In this document: one piece after another, positions 24,063-33,686 of the stretch
How the letters are laid out: the number at the start of each line of letters is the position of its first letter
Numbering within the stretch: the first letter of the stretch is position 1
The notes under the pieces: model-generated
What the model was told of the DNA's origin: nothing
Databases searched by the model: none
The model's input: the letters and a program-made list of their open reading frames with translations, nothing else
Assembly (NCBI GenBank): GCA_036653215.1
Contig: JAVVUK010000004.1
Coordinates: 1 to 45,355 of the forward strand
Length of the DNA: 45,355 nucleotides
Direction: 5' to 3'
DNA from: Rikenellaceae bacterium
GTDB taxonomy: Bacteria > Bacteroidota > Bacteroidia > Bacteroidales > Rikenellaceae
Program-made: the position numbers and the translations under genes

Positions 24063-26397
24063 AATATATAATACCGTGTTTGTTGAAGAACATAATACCC
24101 ACGTTTAGCAACAAGTAATTTCGCTTTATGCTATTTACAGAGAAGTAGTTGTATGAGATGCTTATAGGACCTATTGGCGATTGGAACACAGCCGATGCAG
24201 CGACGATATATCGTAAGTTGCGAGCGAAGTTGTCATAGTTAAATATGTCTCCATGATATACATAAGCCTCTGTTTTAAGATATAACTTATCGTTTAACAT
24301 GGCAGTAGGCTTTATCCCCACAGCCCATGCAGAACGGTTTTGAAACTCCGATATGAAGAGGGTTTTCGAAAACTCGGTAGGTGAAAAATAAGGTGCTGTC
24401 CATCTAAAAGAGAGCTCATTGTGCATATCGGAGATAGATGTTAGTGATCCCCATAGTTCATATCCAAAAGAGAAATGTTTCCCAATATGGAAATACTCAT
24501 CACGTGAGTAGGTAAGACCGCCCCACAGACGATTTGTGTTTATCCTATAATCGGCTCCATTATGTGGAGGTGCTGTCCCTGCCTTAAACGACTCACGAGC
24601 CATAGTACCACTTACAGATATCTCTTGTCTTATCCCATTTGTTGGGTAGTATCGATAGTCGAGGTTGTCTCTCATCAAAGAGACAGAGAGGTTTCCAAAG
24701 AGGAGGTTTGTTTTGTCGGGCGTGTCTTTAGAGGTGAATTTGTCGGAGAAGAAGTAGCTAAGCCAGTCGTTACCAATAGACAAGCGAGTTTCTAACTTCT
24801 GTGTTCTACTAACGGAAATTCCTAATGTGGAACTTAGGTAAAAATCGTTTGCTATATATCGATATAAGTTTTCATCATTTCTATAAGATATCTTTTGGTT
24901 ATTCGCCTTTCCCATGTCGTTATAGTTGTATGTGGCTGTGGAATAAAGATATAGCTTATGCTTACGATTATAGAAGTTGCTACGTGTGCTTAGCTGTCCT
25001 GAGCTGTAAAAAGAACCCACATATCCGTCAGCCTCAAGCATCGTGCTCCCTTTCATACGATATGTAAGCCCAAGATATGCTTGGTTGATTGTTGTGGATG
25101 AGATATTTAGCCCTCCACGTATATAAAACATAGACTTAGGTGTGATTTTGACGTTTATGTCATATAGTCCTGTTGTGTCATCGTAATTCATAATAGGAAA
25201 ATCGGGCGATTCGTCATCTTGTGCAAGCATGAGATAGAAAGCCCTTTTAAATTCGCTATAATTATAAATTTCTTTTACCGCTTCTTCCTCCTTTTCTCTC
25301 TCTAAATATGCCTTTGTTGTGTCTTTGTGTGGCGTTTTTATAAGAGAGTTGATCGTTTTTTCTGAAAATGAGAGAACAGGAGAGTCTTTGCGGAAATGAA
25401 GACGGCGATTATATACTTCAACAGGATCAGTACGTTCTTTTATGCGTTTTTTTATCTCATCCATCTTTTTCATAGTGTCGTCATATCCTAATTTTGCAGT
25501 CTCAACAACCTTTTCAAAATCAAGGATCCCCACGCCTACGTCACGTCCAATCATTATGCCTTTATCTTCGGGAATAGCATAGTCTGTGGGTTGTGTCATG
25601 AGCATCATAACCTGTCCCACAACATTAGATATGTCGGGGGCTTTGCCTGATACGCAACGAGACCCGATTAATATATCTGGAGAGTAGATGGAATCGACAG
25701 CTTGCCAAGGGAAGTTGTTATATACGCCTCCATCTACCATTATCATGCTGTCTACAATAATGGGGCTATATACGACAGGTATCGCCATAGATGCACGAGC
25801 TGCCATAGGGAGACTCCCATTGCGCCACAAATATTGTTGACGATTTGTTATGTCGGCAGACACACAAAGGAAAGGAACAAAGAGACTATCAAAGTTGTTT
25901 TTAGCTTTCGCACTTGCTGAGGCGAGATATTCGTTAAGCCCTATGTTTAGTTGTGAGGATGATATTAGAGAAGAGACGATGTTTTTTGTTTTGCTAAGTG
26001 CTGTATAGTCAAGAGCACTATCATTAGAGCCTTTGTTACCTCCTTTTTTAAGATTTATGGTTAGGCGAAACATCTCTGGACGATATGCTGGTGCTGTAAA
26101 ATAATATTTATATTGAGGGTCCATTTTTCCCATTACCCAATACATAACATCTTTTTGCATGAAAATGTTCTCTATTTCTTCGGGTGAATATCCAGCAGCA
26201 TACATCCCTCCAATTATTGAGCCTATTGATGTTCCGGCAATGTAGTCTATTGGGATGTTATTCTCTTCAAGAGCCTTCAGAACGCCAATGTGATACATCC
26301 CTTTTGCTCCGCCTCCACTAAGCACAACGCCTACACTTTGCCCAAAAGAGAGAGTGGTGGTTATTGCTAATATTAGTGAAAAGAGAATTTTTTTCAT
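24061..26397 (-). CDS. patatin-like phospholipase fused to an Omp85/surface-antigen-type beta-barrel (PlpD-like)
   Basis: 778 aa. Signal peptide. Patatin motifs GGGAKG, GTSIGS (GxSxG) and VDGGV. The C-terminal half is rich in alternating aromatic beta-strand patterns. Confidence 0.8.
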   Translation of the reverse strand: MKKILFSLILAITTTLSFGQSVGVVLSGGGAKGMYHIGVLKALEENNIPIDYIAGTSIGSIIGGMYAAGYSPEEIENIFMQKDVMYWVMGKMDPQYKYYFTAPAYRPEMFRLTINLKKGGNKGSNDSALDYTALSKTKNIVSSLISSSQLNIGLNEYLASASAKAKNNFDSLFVPFLCVSADITNRQQYLWRNGSLPMAARASMAIPVVYSPIIVDSMIMVDGGVYNNFPWQAVDSIYSPDILIGSRCVSGKAPDISNVVGQVMMLMTQPTDYAIPEDKGIMIGRDVGVGILDFEKVVETAKLGYDDTMKKMDEIKKRIKERTDPVEVYNRRLHFRKDSPVLSFSEKTINSLIKTPHKDTTKAYLEREKEEEAVKEIYNYSEFKRAFYLMLAQDDESPDFPIMNYDDTTGLYDINVKITPKSMFYIRGGLNISSTTINQAYLGLTYRMKGSTMLEADGYVGSFYSSGQLSTRSNFYNRKHKLYLYSTATYNYNDMGKANNQKISYRNDENLYRYIANDFYLSSTLGISVSRTQKLETRLSIGNDWLSYFFSDKFTSKDTPDKTNLLFGNLSVSLMRDNLDYRYYPTNGIRQEISVSGTMARESFKAGTAPPHNGADYRINTNRLWGGLTYSRDEYFHIGKHFSFGYELWGSLTSISDMHNELSFRWTAPYFSPTEFSKTLFISEFQNRSAWAVGIKPTAMLNDKLYLKTEAYVYHGDIFNYDNFARNLRYIVAASAVFQSPIGPISISYNYFSVNSIKRNYLLLNVGIMFFNKHGIIY

Positions 26398-26426
26398 TTT
26401 TAAATGAGTTTCTTATAAAAAATGCC

Positions 26427-26434
26427 TATTTTTG
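26427..26434 (+). promoter_or_regulatory. putative -7 box (TATTTTTG) for the PPIase-pheS-envC-like operon
   Basis: TAnnTTTG match 30 nt upstream of the ATG at 26464. Confidence 0.4.
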
Positions 26435-26463
26435 CTCTAATTAAACCAGTATAATTTTTACTT

Positions 26464-27159
26464 ATGAGAAGCACAAAAATCATACTACTATTACTGTTAA
26501 TGGCAATGTTAGGGCAAATTTCTTATGCCAAAGATAGTAAAAAGGATAGTAAAAAACAAAAACAATATATAGCAATAATTACCACAGATAAGGGCGATAT
26601 TACATTTTCATTGCTTAATGAGACCCCAAACCATAGAGACAACTTCATAAAACTTGCTAAAAAAGGGTTTTATAATGGTATAAACTTTCATCGTGTGGTA
26701 AACGATTTTGTTATTCAGGCAGGCGATCCAACGACCATATTTGCGCAGGATCCGTATAATGCCGGAGCATCTTCAATAGGTTATACCTTAGAACCTGAAA
26801 TTGTAGAGGGGCTTCATCACTTCTGTGGTGCAGTGGGTATGGCTCGTGATGATGACGATATAAACCCTGAGAGATACTCTTCGGGCTCTCAGTTTTATAT
26901 TATAGAGGGCAAGAAAAACCTTAAAGAAAGCGATTTCCAAAAGGCTGAAAAGCGTAATGGGATTGTTATAGATGAGAAAACAAAAGAAGAATATATGCAA
27001 AAGGGTGGTTCTGTGCATCTTGACGGTGCATATACCATTTTTGGATATGTAACGGCAGGTATGGATGTGGTAGAGAGCATCGCTAAAAGTAAGGTTAACG
27101 AAATTAGTATGCCTGTTGATCCGATAAAAATAAAGAAGATAGTAATAGAAAAGAGATGA
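26464..27159 (+). CDS. cyclophilin-type peptidylprolyl isomerase, secreted
   Basis: 231 aa. Signal peptide and the FHRVVNDFVIQAGDP cyclophilin motif. Confidence 0.85.
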   Translation: MRSTKIILLLLLMAMLGQISYAKDSKKDSKKQKQYIAIITTDKGDITFSLLNETPNHRDNFIKLAKKGFYNGINFHRVVNDFVIQAGDPTTIFAQDPYNAGASSIGYTLEPEIVEGLHHFCGAVGMARDDDDINPERYSSGSQFYIIEGKKNLKESDFQKAEKRNGIVIDEKTKEEYMQKGGSVHLDGAYTIFGYVTAGMDVVESIAKSKVNEISMPVDPIKIKKIVIEKR

Positions 27160-28178
27160 GAATAAAAATTGAGGATTTAAGTAAAAGAGTTGGGGAGTTT
27201 GCTTCAACGGAGCTTCAAGAGATTGAGAAGTTTAGGGTTGCCATGCTTGGCAAAAAAGGTGAGATAACGCTTCTTTTTGAGGAGTTTAAGGGCTTGGCTG
27301 CTGAAGAGAAAAAGGCTTTGGGATCTTCTATAAATACGCTAAAAACTACTGCTTTAGATAAGATAAATGAGCTTAAGCAGATCGTTGAGGAGGCTGTTGT
27401 TGAGGGAGATGAATTGCTCGATATGACACGTCCTGCCGATGATGATAATATAGGCACTCGTCATCCTATATCTCTTGTGAAAAATGAGGTCCAAGAGATA
27501 TTTAAAAGACTTGGATATACAACTGCCACAGGTCCTGAAATAGAAGATGACTGGCACGTATTCTCGGCTCTTAATTTCCCTCCAGAGCATCCTGCACGTG
27601 ATATGCAAGATACTTTCTTTGTTGAGAAAAATCCAGATATATTGTTACGTACACACACCAGTTCTATTCAAGTGCGTACTATGGAAACTCAAAAACCTCC
27701 TATTCGAGTCATCTGTCCGGGTCGTGTATTCCGTAATGAAGCGATCTCTTATCGTGCACACTGCATCTTTCATCAAGTGGAAGGTCTTTATATCGATAAA
27801 AACGTGTCTTTTGCCGATCTTAAACAGACAATTTTATATTTTGCTAAAGAGATGTTTGGCGAGAAGACACAAATACGTATGCGTCCCTCATATTTCCCTT
27901 TTACTGAGCCTTCGGCAGAGGTAGATGTCTCTTGTAACTTGTGTGGACAAAAGGGGTGTAACGTGTGTAAATACACTGGATGGCTTGAGATTATGGGTTG
28001 TGGAATGGTAGACCCTAATGTCCTTGAAGCTTCAGGGATAGATAGCAAAGAATATAGCGGTTTTGCCTTTGGTATGGGTTTGGAACGTATGGCGATGTTG
28101 AAATATAGGGTTAAAGATTTGCGCTTATATTTTGAAAATGACATTCGCTTCCTTCAACAATTTGAAGCAATATATTAG
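27156..28178 (+). CDS. pheS: phenylalanine--tRNA ligase alpha subunit
   Basis: 340 aa. Class II motifs (HPARDMQDTF, FRNEAISYRAHCIFHQVEG, GFAFGMGLERMAML). ATGA overlap with the upstream stop. Confidence 0.95.
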   Translation: MRIKIEDLSKRVGEFASTELQEIEKFRVAMLGKKGEITLLFEEFKGLAAEEKKALGSSINTLKTTALDKINELKQIVEEAVVEGDELLDMTRPADDDNIGTRHPISLVKNEVQEIFKRLGYTTATGPEIEDDWHVFSALNFPPEHPARDMQDTFFVEKNPDILLRTHTSSIQVRTMETQKPPIRVICPGRVFRNEAISYRAHCIFHQVEGLYIDKNVSFADLKQTILYFAKEMFGEKTQIRMRPSYFPFTEPSAEVDVSCNLCGQKGCNVCKYTGWLEIMGCGMVDPNVLEASGIDSKEYSGFAFGMGLERMAMLKYRVKDLRLYFENDIRFLQQFEAIY

Positions 28179-28179
28179 A

Positions 28180-29358
28180 ATGAAACATCTTCTTATAATA
28201 CTATTTACCTTATTTTCGCTCGTGGCCTCTTCGCAGACCATCGAGTCGCTTCAGCGTAACATAGATAAGTCACGGCAAGAGATAAATGAGGCTAATAGGC
28301 TGCTTGCTACAAATAAAGATAAACAGTTTGATAGTAAAAAGAAGATTTCTCTTACTGCTTCTAAGATAGACAATAGACGCAGCATAATACGTGACCTTGA
28401 AAGGCAAAATGAGTTGCTTGGTCAAGAGATAAGGACAAATAAAGATCGTATCATAGAACTAAATAACGAGCTTGGCTCTTTAAAGGGTGAATATGGTAAG
28501 ATCATGTGTTTCGTATATAAAAACTATCTTCATAACAATATTCTCTATTACATCTTCTCCTCACGTTCTTTTGAGGATCTGCATAGACGACTATATTATC
28601 TAAAATGCTATTCTAACATCCGCACGAAAACAGCAAAGGAGATTAAAGCAACGTCTGCCGAGATAACACGTCAGGTCGCCTCGCTGCAAGAAAAAGAAGT
28701 CGAGTTGGCGAAGTTGAAGAATGCAACTACCGTTGAGGTGAACGCTTTAAACAAAGAACTACGCAACTATAACTCTATGCTTGGGACTCTTGTTAAGCAA
28801 AACAAAAACCTCAAAACCACAATTGCACAAGAGAGGAAGAAGATAAAGAATTATGAGTCTCGCATTAGGCGTATCATGGCGGAAGAGGCTCGTAAGTTAG
28901 CGGCGGCTAAGAAGACTAACACAAAAGCACAAACAGCAGAGGTGGTGAGGTTGTCAAGTGTCTTTGCTCAAAATAAAGGGAGGTTGCCTTCTCCAGTGAG
29001 AAACGGAACGATAACAGAACGTTGGGGCGTGCATCCACACCCGATATATAGCAAAATACAGGTTAATAACCTTGGTATAAATTATCGAATACCTAACGGA
29101 GAGCCTATTAGGGCTGTCTTTGATGGTGTCGTTTCTAATATCCATATTTCACAAGGGCTTGATAACAGTATCATTATACGTCATGGTGAGTATTTTACAG
29201 TATATACAGGTCTTAATATTGTGAATGTGAAACGTGGTGATCTTGTGAAAACAGGTGAGGTGATTGGTGTCATAAGAACAGGTGATAGCTACAACACCTT
29301 TAACTTTGCAGTGTGGAAAAATAGCACCAACCTAAACCCTTCTTTGTGGCTAAGGTAA
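28180..29358 (+). CDS. EnvC-like murein hydrolase activator (coiled coil + degenerate M23/LytM domain)
   Basis: Signal peptide from MKHLLIILF (start 28180, 1 nt after the pheS stop). Long coiled-coil region. The C-terminal LytM fold lacks the metal ligands. Confidence 0.7.
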   Translation: MKHLLIILFTLFSLVASSQTIESLQRNIDKSRQEINEANRLLATNKDKQFDSKKKISLTASKIDNRRSIIRDLERQNELLGQEIRTNKDRIIELNNELGSLKGEYGKIMCFVYKNYLHNNILYYIFSSRSFEDLHRRLYYLKCYSNIRTKTAKEIKATSAEITRQVASLQEKEVELAKLKNATTVEVNALNKELRNYNSMLGTLVKQNKNLKTTIAQERKKIKNYESRIRRIMAEEARKLAAAKKTNTKAQTAEVVRLSSVFAQNKGRLPSPVRNGTITERWGVHPHPIYSKIQVNNLGINYRIPNGEPIRAVFDGVVSNIHISQGLDNSIIIRHGEYFTVYTGLNIVNVKRGDLVKTGEVIGVIRTGDSYNTFNFAVWKNSTNLNPSLWLR

Positions 29359-29374
29359 ATATGAGGGTGTGATA

Positions 29375-29414
29375 AAAAAGAGATTAGAAAAATGTGTTTT
29401 TCTAATCTCTTTTT
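29375..29414. terminator. bidirectional rho-independent terminator
   Basis: Perfect 18-bp stem aaaaagagattagaaaaa / tttttctaatctcttttt with loop tgtg, between the convergent envC-like gene and radA. Confidence 0.8.
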
Positions 29415-29432
29415 ATTTTATATCTACTGGTG

Positions 29433-30800
29433 CTAAGCCCCCTTTACTGTTTTTATTAATTCTTCGACTTTGGAAATGTAGATAATCCTGATTTTATAAC
29501 GATCAAGAAGCGGTGCTTTGGCATATTTCGAGATCACGATGCTCTTAAAACCGAGTCTTGCAGCTTCACTGACACGTTGCTCTGTGCGAGAAGCAGGACG
29601 CACCTCACCCGAAAGTCCTACCTCTCCGGCAAAGGTCATGCCCTTAGAAATCTCAACATCAAAGGCTGACGACAATATAGCGGCCATTACTGCAAGGTCG
29701 AGACCGGGATCGCTGACCTTAAACCCTCCAGCTATGTTTAGAAATACATCTTTGGTAATCATCTTATAACCCATCCTTTTTTCAATTACCGCAAGGAGCA
29801 TATTTAATCTTTTAGTGTCAAATCCTGTCGTTGAACGTTGTGGCATACCAAAGGCTGTGGCACTTACTAATGCTTGTGCCTCAATAAGGTATGGGCGTAC
29901 TCCGTCTATCGTTGCTCCAACAGCGATGCCTGAAAGAGGTTCATCGAAGTGTGTCAGCAATATCTCGGAAGGGTTAGTAACCTCACGTAGTCCGCTGCTG
30001 AGCATCTCGAAAACACCTATTTCGGAAGTGGCTCCAAATCTGTTTTTTATACCTCTTAATATACGATAAACGCTATTGCTATCTCCCTCAAATTGAAGCA
30101 CCACGTCTACTATATGTTCCAAAATTTTAGGACCTGCAATAGATCCGTCTTTGGTGATGTGTCCTATAATAAAAATGGGTGTGTTGTGTTCTTTGGCATA
30201 ACGCATAAGTAGTGCCGCACATTCTCTAATTTGCGACACCCCTCCAGTGGAGCTTTCTATGCTCTCGGTGTAAAGAGTTTGTATGGAGTCTATAACTACC
30301 ATGTCTGGTGTCGTGACCTCTATTTGAGAAATTATAGCTTCCACAGAGGTCTCGGCAAGTATGAGACATTGAGAATGGTCGCCCCCGATCCTGTCGGCAC
30401 GCATTTTTATCTGTTGAGGGCTCTCCTCTCCCGATACGTAAAGGGTCTTCACCCCTTTTGCGTTTAGCGCAATTTGAAGACTTAGGGTGGATTTACCTAT
30501 GCCGGGCTCTCCTCCTAAGAGAATTAACGAGCCTTGCACCAATCCGCCTCCTAACACTCTATTTACCTCCTCGTTACAAAGATCTATGCGTGTTTCTTGG
30601 TCGTTAGATATGTTACCAATGGCTTGAGGTTTATTTGTCGTTGTCGAACCCCCATTTTTACTATTGCTTTTTTTAGCTCCTGTGGCAACACGCTCTTCCA
30701 CATAGGTGTTCCATTGTGAGCAAGCAGGGCACTTACCCAGCCATTTAGGCGATTCGTTGCCGCAATTGGTGCAGAAAAAGACATTCTTCTCTTTTGCCAT
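29433..30800 (-). CDS. radA: DNA repair protein RadA/Sms
   Basis: 455 aa. N-terminal zinc finger (CTNCGNESPKWLGKCPAC), Walker A GEPGIGKST, KNRFG motif, and a Lon-like C-terminal domain. Confidence 0.95.
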   Translation of the reverse strand: MAKEKNVFFCTNCGNESPKWLGKCPACSQWNTYVEERVATGAKKSNSKNGGSTTTNKPQAIGNISNDQETRIDLCNEEVNRVLGGGLVQGSLILLGGEPGIGKSTLSLQIALNAKGVKTLYVSGEESPQQIKMRADRIGGDHSQCLILAETSVEAIISQIEVTTPDMVVIDSIQTLYTESIESSTGGVSQIRECAALLMRYAKEHNTPIFIIGHITKDGSIAGPKILEHIVDVVLQFEGDSNSVYRILRGIKNRFGATSEIGVFEMLSSGLREVTNPSEILLTHFDEPLSGIAVGATIDGVRPYLIEAQALVSATAFGMPQRSTTGFDTKRLNMLLAVIEKRMGYKMITKDVFLNIAGGFKVSDPGLDLAVMAAILSSAFDVEISKGMTFAGEVGLSGEVRPASRTEQRVSEAARLGFKSIVISKYAKAPLLDRYKIRIIYISKVEELIKTVKGA

Positions 30801-32581
30801 TATTCTATTGTAATAAGATAAGGCATCATAGCTTGAGGAACATTGCTATTTACGGCTTGTGTCATGTGGCTAAATTGTGATACCATAGAGTTGCCGAATG
30901 TCTTAGTTAAGTCTTTGTTTGTGAGCCATTTATAACTTATATTTGCCGTGCCGAGCAGCTCATAGAAGAAGCTCTTCTCGGAGGTTAATGTTGTGAGTTC
31001 AAAGTTGTTGCCAAGTCCAGCACGTTCTGCAGCAATGGCAATAGCATTGTCTATGCCTCCCATGCCGTCTACTAAGCCGACTTTCATGGCATCACTGCCG
31101 CTCCACACACGTCCGCCAGCTATTGCATCTACCTTTTCCATAGAAAGATTACGCCCTTTAGAGACCCTTGTTATAAAAGCAGTATATATCTTATCGACTT
31201 TCTTTTGTAAGAAAGCCTCTTCTGTCTTGTTTATCGCTCTGAAAGGCATCCCTAAGTCGCTATATGTGTTTGTGTTGATTGTCTCTACGTCTATTCCTAA
31301 TTTGTCCTTTAATGTCTTTTCAGCGTTTATAGAGAGCCCAAAAACGCCTATTGATCCTGTTATTGTAGTTGGGGAGGCGACAATAACATCTGCCGCTGTG
31401 GATATGTAATATCCGCCCGATGCGGCCATGTTACCAAAAGAGGCGATTACGGGTTTCTCCTTTTGTAGGAGTTCCACCTCACGAGCTATAAGTTCAGCTG
31501 CTAAGGCACTACCACCAGGGCTATTGACCCTTATAACAACGGCTTTTATATCGTCGTCTTTACGTGCTTTGGCAAGTAGATCTCTTATGTTTCTATCGCC
31601 AACGGTCCCTTGTCCACTCTCTCCGTCTATTATTTCCCCTTCAGCGTATATTATAGCTATCGATCCTTTGCTCTTGCCTGTGCTCTTATGTCCTGTTGAA
31701 GGGGCGTAAGAACATAATGTTACTTTTTTATAATTGTCGCCATAGCTTTCTTTTAACATAGCTTCAAACTGGTCGTTATATAAAAGCGCATCTACAAGAG
31801 AACACCTTTGAGCCATAGAATCGGAGCTTATCGTTAAGTTATTGGCATAAGAGGTAAGTTCTTCTGGCGATACTCCACGTGAAAGAGATACTTCCTTGAG
31901 TATATCGCCCCATACCGAATTTAGAAGGGCTGTATTTTGTTCTCTTGAGGCATCGCTCATGCCGCTTAGGGTGAAAGGCTCAATGGCACTCTTATATTTG
32001 CCGTGTTTTATGGCAGTTACCTCTATGCCTACTTTCTCTAATAGATTTTTGAAAAAGGGAACTTGTGAGGTTAGACCATTCCAAATAAAATCACCCTCAG
32101 GACATAGGATAACCTTGTCTGCCACAGAGGCGAGGTAATAGTCGGTGTTGGTGTACATCTTGCCATAGCTATATACTTTTTTGCCGCTCTTTTTGAAGTC
32201 GGCAAGCGCATCTCTCACCTCCTGTGCTTGAGCCATGCCTAATGGCATCATCATAGGATCGTTGATTATTACTATTGCTTTTATGTTATCATCACTTGCT
32301 GCTGACTTTATTGCTGACAATGCAGATAATGTAGATACGGGCTTTTTTATCTCCATAGTGTTGAAGTCCATATATTCAAAAGCGGCACCATTGATTTGGT
32401 CGCCTCCGATCTCAGAAGTTGATATTGTGAGTATGGAGTTATTATCAACTTTTACTTGCGACTCTTTTACAGCCGACATGGTTAGTGCGACAATGCTGCC
32501 TATAAAGACAAACGAGAGTATCATTATAGATACAATAATCGCAGTCAGAGATGCGAAAAACATCTTAAAAAATTCTTTCAT
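30800..32581 (-). CDS. sppA: signal peptide peptidase SppA, 67K (two-domain) type
   Basis: 593 aa. N-terminal TM helix. Duplicated S49 domains with GNMAASGGYY around the Ser nucleophile. The stop overlaps the radA ATG by 1 nt (TAATG). Confidence 0.85.
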   Translation of the reverse strand: MKEFFKMFFASLTAIIVSIMILSFVFIGSIVALTMSAVKESQVKVDNNSILTISTSEIGGDQINGAAFEYMDFNTMEIKKPVSTLSALSAIKSAASDDNIKAIVIINDPMMMPLGMAQAQEVRDALADFKKSGKKVYSYGKMYTNTDYYLASVADKVILCPEGDFIWNGLTSQVPFFKNLLEKVGIEVTAIKHGKYKSAIEPFTLSGMSDASREQNTALLNSVWGDILKEVSLSRGVSPEELTSYANNLTISSDSMAQRCSLVDALLYNDQFEAMLKESYGDNYKKVTLCSYAPSTGHKSTGKSKGSIAIIYAEGEIIDGESGQGTVGDRNIRDLLAKARKDDDIKAVVIRVNSPGGSALAAELIAREVELLQKEKPVIASFGNMAASGGYYISTAADVIVASPTTITGSIGVFGLSINAEKTLKDKLGIDVETINTNTYSDLGMPFRAINKTEEAFLQKKVDKIYTAFITRVSKGRNLSMEKVDAIAGGRVWSGSDAMKVGLVDGMGGIDNAIAIAAERAGLGNNFELTTLTSEKSFFYELLGTANISYKWLTNKDLTKTFGNSMVSQFSHMTQAVNSNVPQAMMPYLITIE

Positions 32582-32612
32582 AACGGTATGAATAATAATT
32601 GTTTTTAATATT

Positions 32613-32620
32613 CAAAGATA
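32613..32620 (-). promoter_or_regulatory. putative -7 box (TATCTTTG on minus strand) for sppA-radA
   Basis: TAnnTTTG match about 32 nt upstream of the start at 32581. Confidence 0.4.
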
Positions 32621-32626
32621 AAACAA

Positions 32627-32634
32627 TATCTTTG
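32627..32634 (+). promoter_or_regulatory. putative -7 box (TATCTTTG) for mrp-waaA
   Basis: TAnnTTTG match 27 nt upstream of the TTG start at 32661. Confidence 0.4.
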
Positions 32635-32660
32635 CGTAACAAAACAAATACTATTACATT

Positions 32661-33686
32661 TTGGAAAGTGAAATTAACAAAATACTGAAAACAGTAATAC
32701 ATCCGGCCGAAAGCTCTGACATAGTGTCTCTTGGCATGGTAGACAAGGTGAAAGTAACCCCTGACGAGGTGCTTATTATTTTGCAAATGAAGAGGGTGAA
32801 AGACCCTTTTGCTGCTAAAATCAAAAGACGTGTTGAAGATGCGATAATTGCTTTTTATCCTCAATATGCCGGTAAGGTGAGCATAATTGTCAAAGAGGCT
32901 GCTCCAAAGGAGGTTAAGCCTCAGCCAAAAACGCCAGAGACAAATATAATTAAAAAGGTTATAGCCGTCTCTTCATGTAAGGGTGGTGTGGGCAAAAGCA
33001 CTGTAACAGCGTTTCTTGCACGCACACTTGCTGAAAGAGGCTATAAAGTAGGTCTTGTAGATACGGACATATATGGTCCTTCTATACCTCAGATGTTTGG
33101 TGTTGAGGGTTATATGCCTTCTTCTGTTGAGGTTGACGGCAAAGATCTTATCGAGCCTTGTGTTGTTGACAACATCAAAATAATGTCGATAGGCTTTTTC
33201 ATAAAACCGACCGATGCTTTGGTGTGGCGTGGTCCTATGGCTACTAATGCTCTGAAACAACTAATCCACCAAACAAAGTGGGATACCTTAGACTACCTAT
33301 TAATCGATCTTCCTCCGGGAACAGGTGATGTACATCTTACTGTGCTTAGTGAGTTAAAGGTGAATGGTGCAATTATTGTTACCACACCCCAAAAGATAGC
33401 TCTTGCCGATGTGGTAAGGGGTATAGAGATGTTTGGTAAGGAGGGTATTAAAGTTCCGATCTTAGGATTAGTGGAAAATATGTCTTGGTTTACTCCTGCT
33501 GAGGCCTTAGATAAAAAATACTATATCTTTGGTAAAGGTGGTGGTAAGGAACTTGCAGCGGAAAGAGGTATTCCTCTTATAGCTCAAATTCCTATTATCT
33601 TGGCAGAGGGAGAAGATGTCTCTTTGAGTTTAAATAACAAGGAGCTGAAAGAGTGTTACGATAAAATTGCCGCCTATGTTATATGA
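32661..33686 (+). CDS. Mrp/NBP35-family P-loop ATPase (ApbC-like) lacking the CXXC motif
   Basis: 341 aa. N-terminal DUF59-like segment (ILKTVIHPAESSDIVSLGMV), deviant Walker A SCKGGVGKST, and DLPPGTGD. The start is apparently TTG. The first in-frame ATG would truncate the N-terminal domain. Confidence 0.8.
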   Translation: MESEINKILKTVIHPAESSDIVSLGMVDKVKVTPDEVLIILQMKRVKDPFAAKIKRRVEDAIIAFYPQYAGKVSIIVKEAAPKEVKPQPKTPETNIIKKVIAVSSCKGGVGKSTVTAFLARTLAERGYKVGLVDTDIYGPSIPQMFGVEGYMPSSVEVDGKDLIEPCVVDNIKIMSIGFFIKPTDALVWRGPMATNALKQLIHQTKWDTLDYLLIDLPPGTGDVHLTVLSELKVNGAIIVTTPQKIALADVVRGIEMFGKEGIKVPILGLVENMSWFTPAEALDKKYYIFGKGGGKELAAERGIPLIAQIPIILAEGEDVSLSLNNKELKECYDKIAAYVI

